Origin: Macrostomum hystrix | Lineage: Eukaryota; Animalia; Platyhelminthes | Direction: 5' to 3' | DNA: 64,000 bases | Assembly (NCBI GenBank): GCA_950097015.1 | Contig: CATNEN010000011.1 | Coordinates: forward strand, 3,348,001 to 3,412,000 | Translations under genes and position numbers: made by a program | In this document: piece after piece, positions 60,764 to 64,000 of the stretch | Numbering within the stretch: the first letter of the stretch is position 1 | Layout of the letters: every line of letters starts with the position of its first letter | Notes under the pieces: model-generated | Told to the model about the DNA's origin: nothing | Seen by the model: the letters and a program-made list of their open reading frames with translations, nothing else | Database searches by the model: none

Positions 60764-63700
60764 ATGTCTCTTTTTGACTTTCAATCACGAGAAGTTGTTC
60801 ATGTCAAAGTAAAGGTGAGTTAACAATGCTGTCAATGTTGTCAATGCAAAAATCATATATTTGCACTATATTAATTTAATAAAGAAAAAAAATTATTTAA
60901 GTGCACTTAGGCCTATTTTTTCATTTTTTACTAAAGCCAGTATTCATTGCCAGAAGTTTAGACAACAATCATAGGAGACATGAGCATACATGCGCAACAC
61001 CCGGCCGACCCGGCCGATCCAGCCAGGTGACGAGCGGCCGAGCAAGGTAAGTCGCAAAAATGGCCACCCGAGAAAAAAATCGGACAGAAAAAAACAAGTG
61101 GAAAAAAAGAAAAGAAGGCAGGAAAAGGAGGAAAGCAGAGAAAGGAAAGAAGAAAGGAAGGAAAGCAAATGGGGAAAGAAGCAAAAACGTGACAAAATCT
61201 GCAATCAGAGGCAACTTAGTCGCATTCCAAGGGAAGTAAGTTGCATTCAGAGGGAAGTAAGTCGCAATCAGAGGGAAGTAAGTCGCATTCAGAGGGGGCT
61301 AAGTCGCATTCAGAGGGAAGTAAGTCGCAATCAGAGGGAAGTAAGTCGCATTCCAAGGTAAGTAAGTCGCATTCAGAGGGGGCTAAGTTGCATTCAGAGG
61401 GAAGTAAGTCGCAATCAGAGGGAAGTAAGTCGTATTCAGAGGGAAGTAAGTCACATTCAGGGGGAGGTAAGTCGCAATCAGATTTATTACAGTGCATTAA
61501 ACTTATAGGGATAGGAACTGAAGTTACTGAACTCAAAAAAGTCCACTCTGCAAGTCCGAATGTGAGTCTTCTATATTCTCCGCATCAGAAGTTGCAGTAG
61601 GTTGCTGTTGACGACCTCCAGGAGCATCAGATCGCCAGTGACTCTTAAGCCAGTCATTTGCATATTGATCTGGTTTAAACTTTCTCAATGGTGGTCCATT
61701 AATGCGAATTCGCAGTAAATGTTCCAGAGTCTTGGGCATTAGACGTGTTCTTCTATCGTAAGCTATGTGTTTATAAATTGAAAAGCCACGCTCAGCCTCA
61801 GCAGATGATATAGGCAACGTCAGTACCACCAAAATTAGGTGCTTTATTATTTTAGGCAGCCAGTCGACGGTCCTTTTCTCCAAAAAGTTTTTTGGTGCAA
61901 AAATATTTCATTTTTGTAATGACCACAGACCACATAGTTTTATAAAAAAATAGGCATACAGTTAAAATTTCTCTCTGGCGTACATTTTATGGGCTACAGT
62001 TTGCTTCCCGGCGTACATTTGAAATTTGAATTTCTGGCACACAAGACCATTTTTCTGGCATACAGTATGACACATTCGTGAGTATGGTGATGGTGATGTT
62101 GAGCCTCATGGTCTCCGGCACCACCTGGAAGATCCGATTGGACAAGCAGGGAAGCAGCTTGACGGGCGACGCCACGCAGCTGACGTCACCAATTTCATTC
62201 ACGCCGACGATCGAGTCGCCTGAGTGCACTCTGCTGCCAGCGGAAGACTAATTAGATGACGAGGCATTTTACTATTGCAACACAGTCATGGTTACCCCTG
62301 CCGTTTACCCAGATAAAAAAATATTTGGGCATAGGTATGTCGGATTTTTTTTAAAAACAAAGTCGCACGGCCGGTGTAAATTTGGGAGGTTGCGCATGTA
62401 TGGACATGAGTTAACATGAATTATTTTACCATTCTAGTGCTAAATTTGTAAAAGAATGCCAAAGCTCAAAGTATAGTATATAAGCATAAGCTTTAGGCCC
62501 TAGTGATTGATTTTTCTTTAAAAGTTTAGGAAACTTGAAATTTTGGCTTTATTATGTAGAATAGGTTTCCCAAAGTATACATTTTTATTGACTCTTGTCT
62601 CTTGATTGCCAGCTATTTTCTATTCTTTGTCCACTAGACTTTATCCAACTCTAAAATTGTTACAGATAAGCCAAAAGCAAAGAAATGAAATAGTACTTAT
62701 TACTCAAAATTGTTTCAACTTTGGAACTGCCTATTTAATATTCTTAATATTATGGTAATATATTCCAACCTGATATTTTCCTGACTTTAGATTATTTCAA
62801 TCATATAGAAATTTTCTATATTTTCTCTCTGTATTAAATATACATTTGCTAGGTTAGAAAAATATCTTTTTTTTTGACAAAAAGTTTGCCTTAACTAGCT
62901 AATGTTTAACATTTATTATTTAATTAATTAAAATAAACCCTAAACTAATCCCTAAACTTATAATAGATAAGGCCTTTAAGAATTTTAGGAAGGTTTATAA
63001 GAAGTAAAATTAATGTATTCAAATAAATTAAAAATGCTTAAGTACTCAAACTAGAAAAACAAAAAAGTTTTTTTCTAAAATATTTTTTAAATAGTCAATT
63101 AGTAGTAGTATACATTGATAGGCATTCTATTGATTTGTGGAATATTTAGGATAATGTAAAACAAAATGCCATCTGTTAAATAATGTTAAATAATGCCTAA
63201 GCTTAAATTTATTTTGATGAATAAAATATTTTTGAAATTTTAGTTTAGTAAGAATACTTGCCTAGCCTATATAGTGAGGATTTTCATAGCTATCACAAAA
63301 ATATTTCACATGTAAGCAAATGAATAAACATTTTAAGTAGCGAATATTTATTACATAGTAACTAAGATTTATTACCTATTATCTACTCACCATTTAGGTA
63401 AATTGACTTGAAAAACACCATTTAACTCTTTTATCTACCATTTATCACTTCATGTTTAGTTGTGCAATGGAGCCAACAGTACAGAGGACCCAGTCTACAA
63501 GAAGTTTAGCATTGATCCTGGCATTACAACATTTGAAGTACTGCAAAGACTACTGGCTAGAGCATTTGAGATTAAATGGTTTGGCTTCTCTTTTTTACTA
63601 CCAAGTTAAATAAGTATCGTTTGAATGTAGGCTAGCTTATAATGTAGATTGCATCCTCATTAATATTTTACAGTGACTTTACCATATCCTACTTGGTCAC

Positions 63701-63822
63701 CGACGATATTGGAGAAAAGGTCTACTTATCAATGCTATCTGACTGGGATTTGGATGCTGCGATACTAAGCGCTTCAGATCCCATCTTGAGGCTGAAGATT
63801 ATGTTAAGAAATTTTGACAATG
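60764..63822 (+). CDS. TBC1D25: TBC1 domain family member 25 (Rab-GAP), first three exons; the gene continues beyond the window
   Basis: Exons 60764-60814, 63460-63578, 63674-63822. MSLFDFQSREVVHVKVK|...KFSIDPGITTFEVLQRLLARAFEI...FTISYL...EKVYLSMLSDWDLDAA...LRL matches the TBC1D25 N-terminal ubiquitin-like region. The TBC domain is not in the window. Confidence 0.85.
60985..62402 (-). mobile_element. Non-autonomous hAT DNA transposon in TBC1D25 intron 1
   Basis: Perfect 14-bp TIRs CATACATGCGCAAC and GTTGCGCATGTATG. Perfect 8-bp TSD GACATGAG. Residual hAT C-terminal dimerisation domain at 61533-61883 (LPISSAEAERGFS...RTRL...LEHLLRI). Confidence 0.92.
61222..61482. repeat. 21-bp subterminal tandem repeat inside the hAT element
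   Basis: Unit GAGGGAAGTAAGTCGCATTCA. Confidence 0.9.
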
Positions 63823-64000
63823 GTAAGTTATAGTTATGAAATTAATGCTGTCGATGTTAACTATAACGCAAATATTATATTTCTTTATTGCTTTGTAATG
63901 ATCGATTGATAAAATTGAAGCTAGAATCGTAGCAGGATCGGCAGCAAAAATCTTATCAAGATCCGCAGCCAGAATATTATCGAGATCCGCAGCAAGAATC

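Noticed and set aside
60990-61600. Lys/Arg-rich and SEGSKS-repeat ORFs
   Set aside because: Purine-rich and 21-bp repeat sequence inside the hAT element.
63915-64000. Inverted similarity between the two window ends suggesting one giant element
   Set aside because: Both are short degenerate copies of a common tandem repeat cut by arbitrary window edges.

Overview
Eukaryotic (animal) genomic DNA with spliceosomal GT-AG introns and a very high load of 16-47 bp minisatellites, tRNA-type SINEs and hAT MITEs. This composition fits a flatworm such as Macrostomum, but the species is an inference. Exon models were built by hand from splice sites and reading phase. They give: MAD2L1 (-), a 913-aa DSTYK-like protein with a P-loop GTPase-like N-terminus and a catalytically degenerate kinase (-), an SLC16/MCT-like transporter (-), two intronless DEG/ENaC channels in inverted tail-to-tail arrangement flanking a secreted PAN + C-type lectin gene, a full-length but disabled Gypsy LTR element (identical 254-bp LTRs, CTTTC TSD), JMJD4 (-) with exons 1-3 present in three tandem copies between arrays of a 23-bp G-rich satellite, NUDT8 (-), RPE (-), and the first three exons of TBC1D25 (+) with a hAT element in intron 1. 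The most notable observations are (1) the DEG/ENaC pair, homogenised except for one extracellular block covering the beta6-beta7 loop, (2) the satellite-bounded JMJD4 5' triplication, whose exon 2-3 module could be spliced repeatedly in frame, and (3) the GTPase-like/pseudokinase DSTYK form. No database search or alignment program was run. Gene names rest on remembered motifs.
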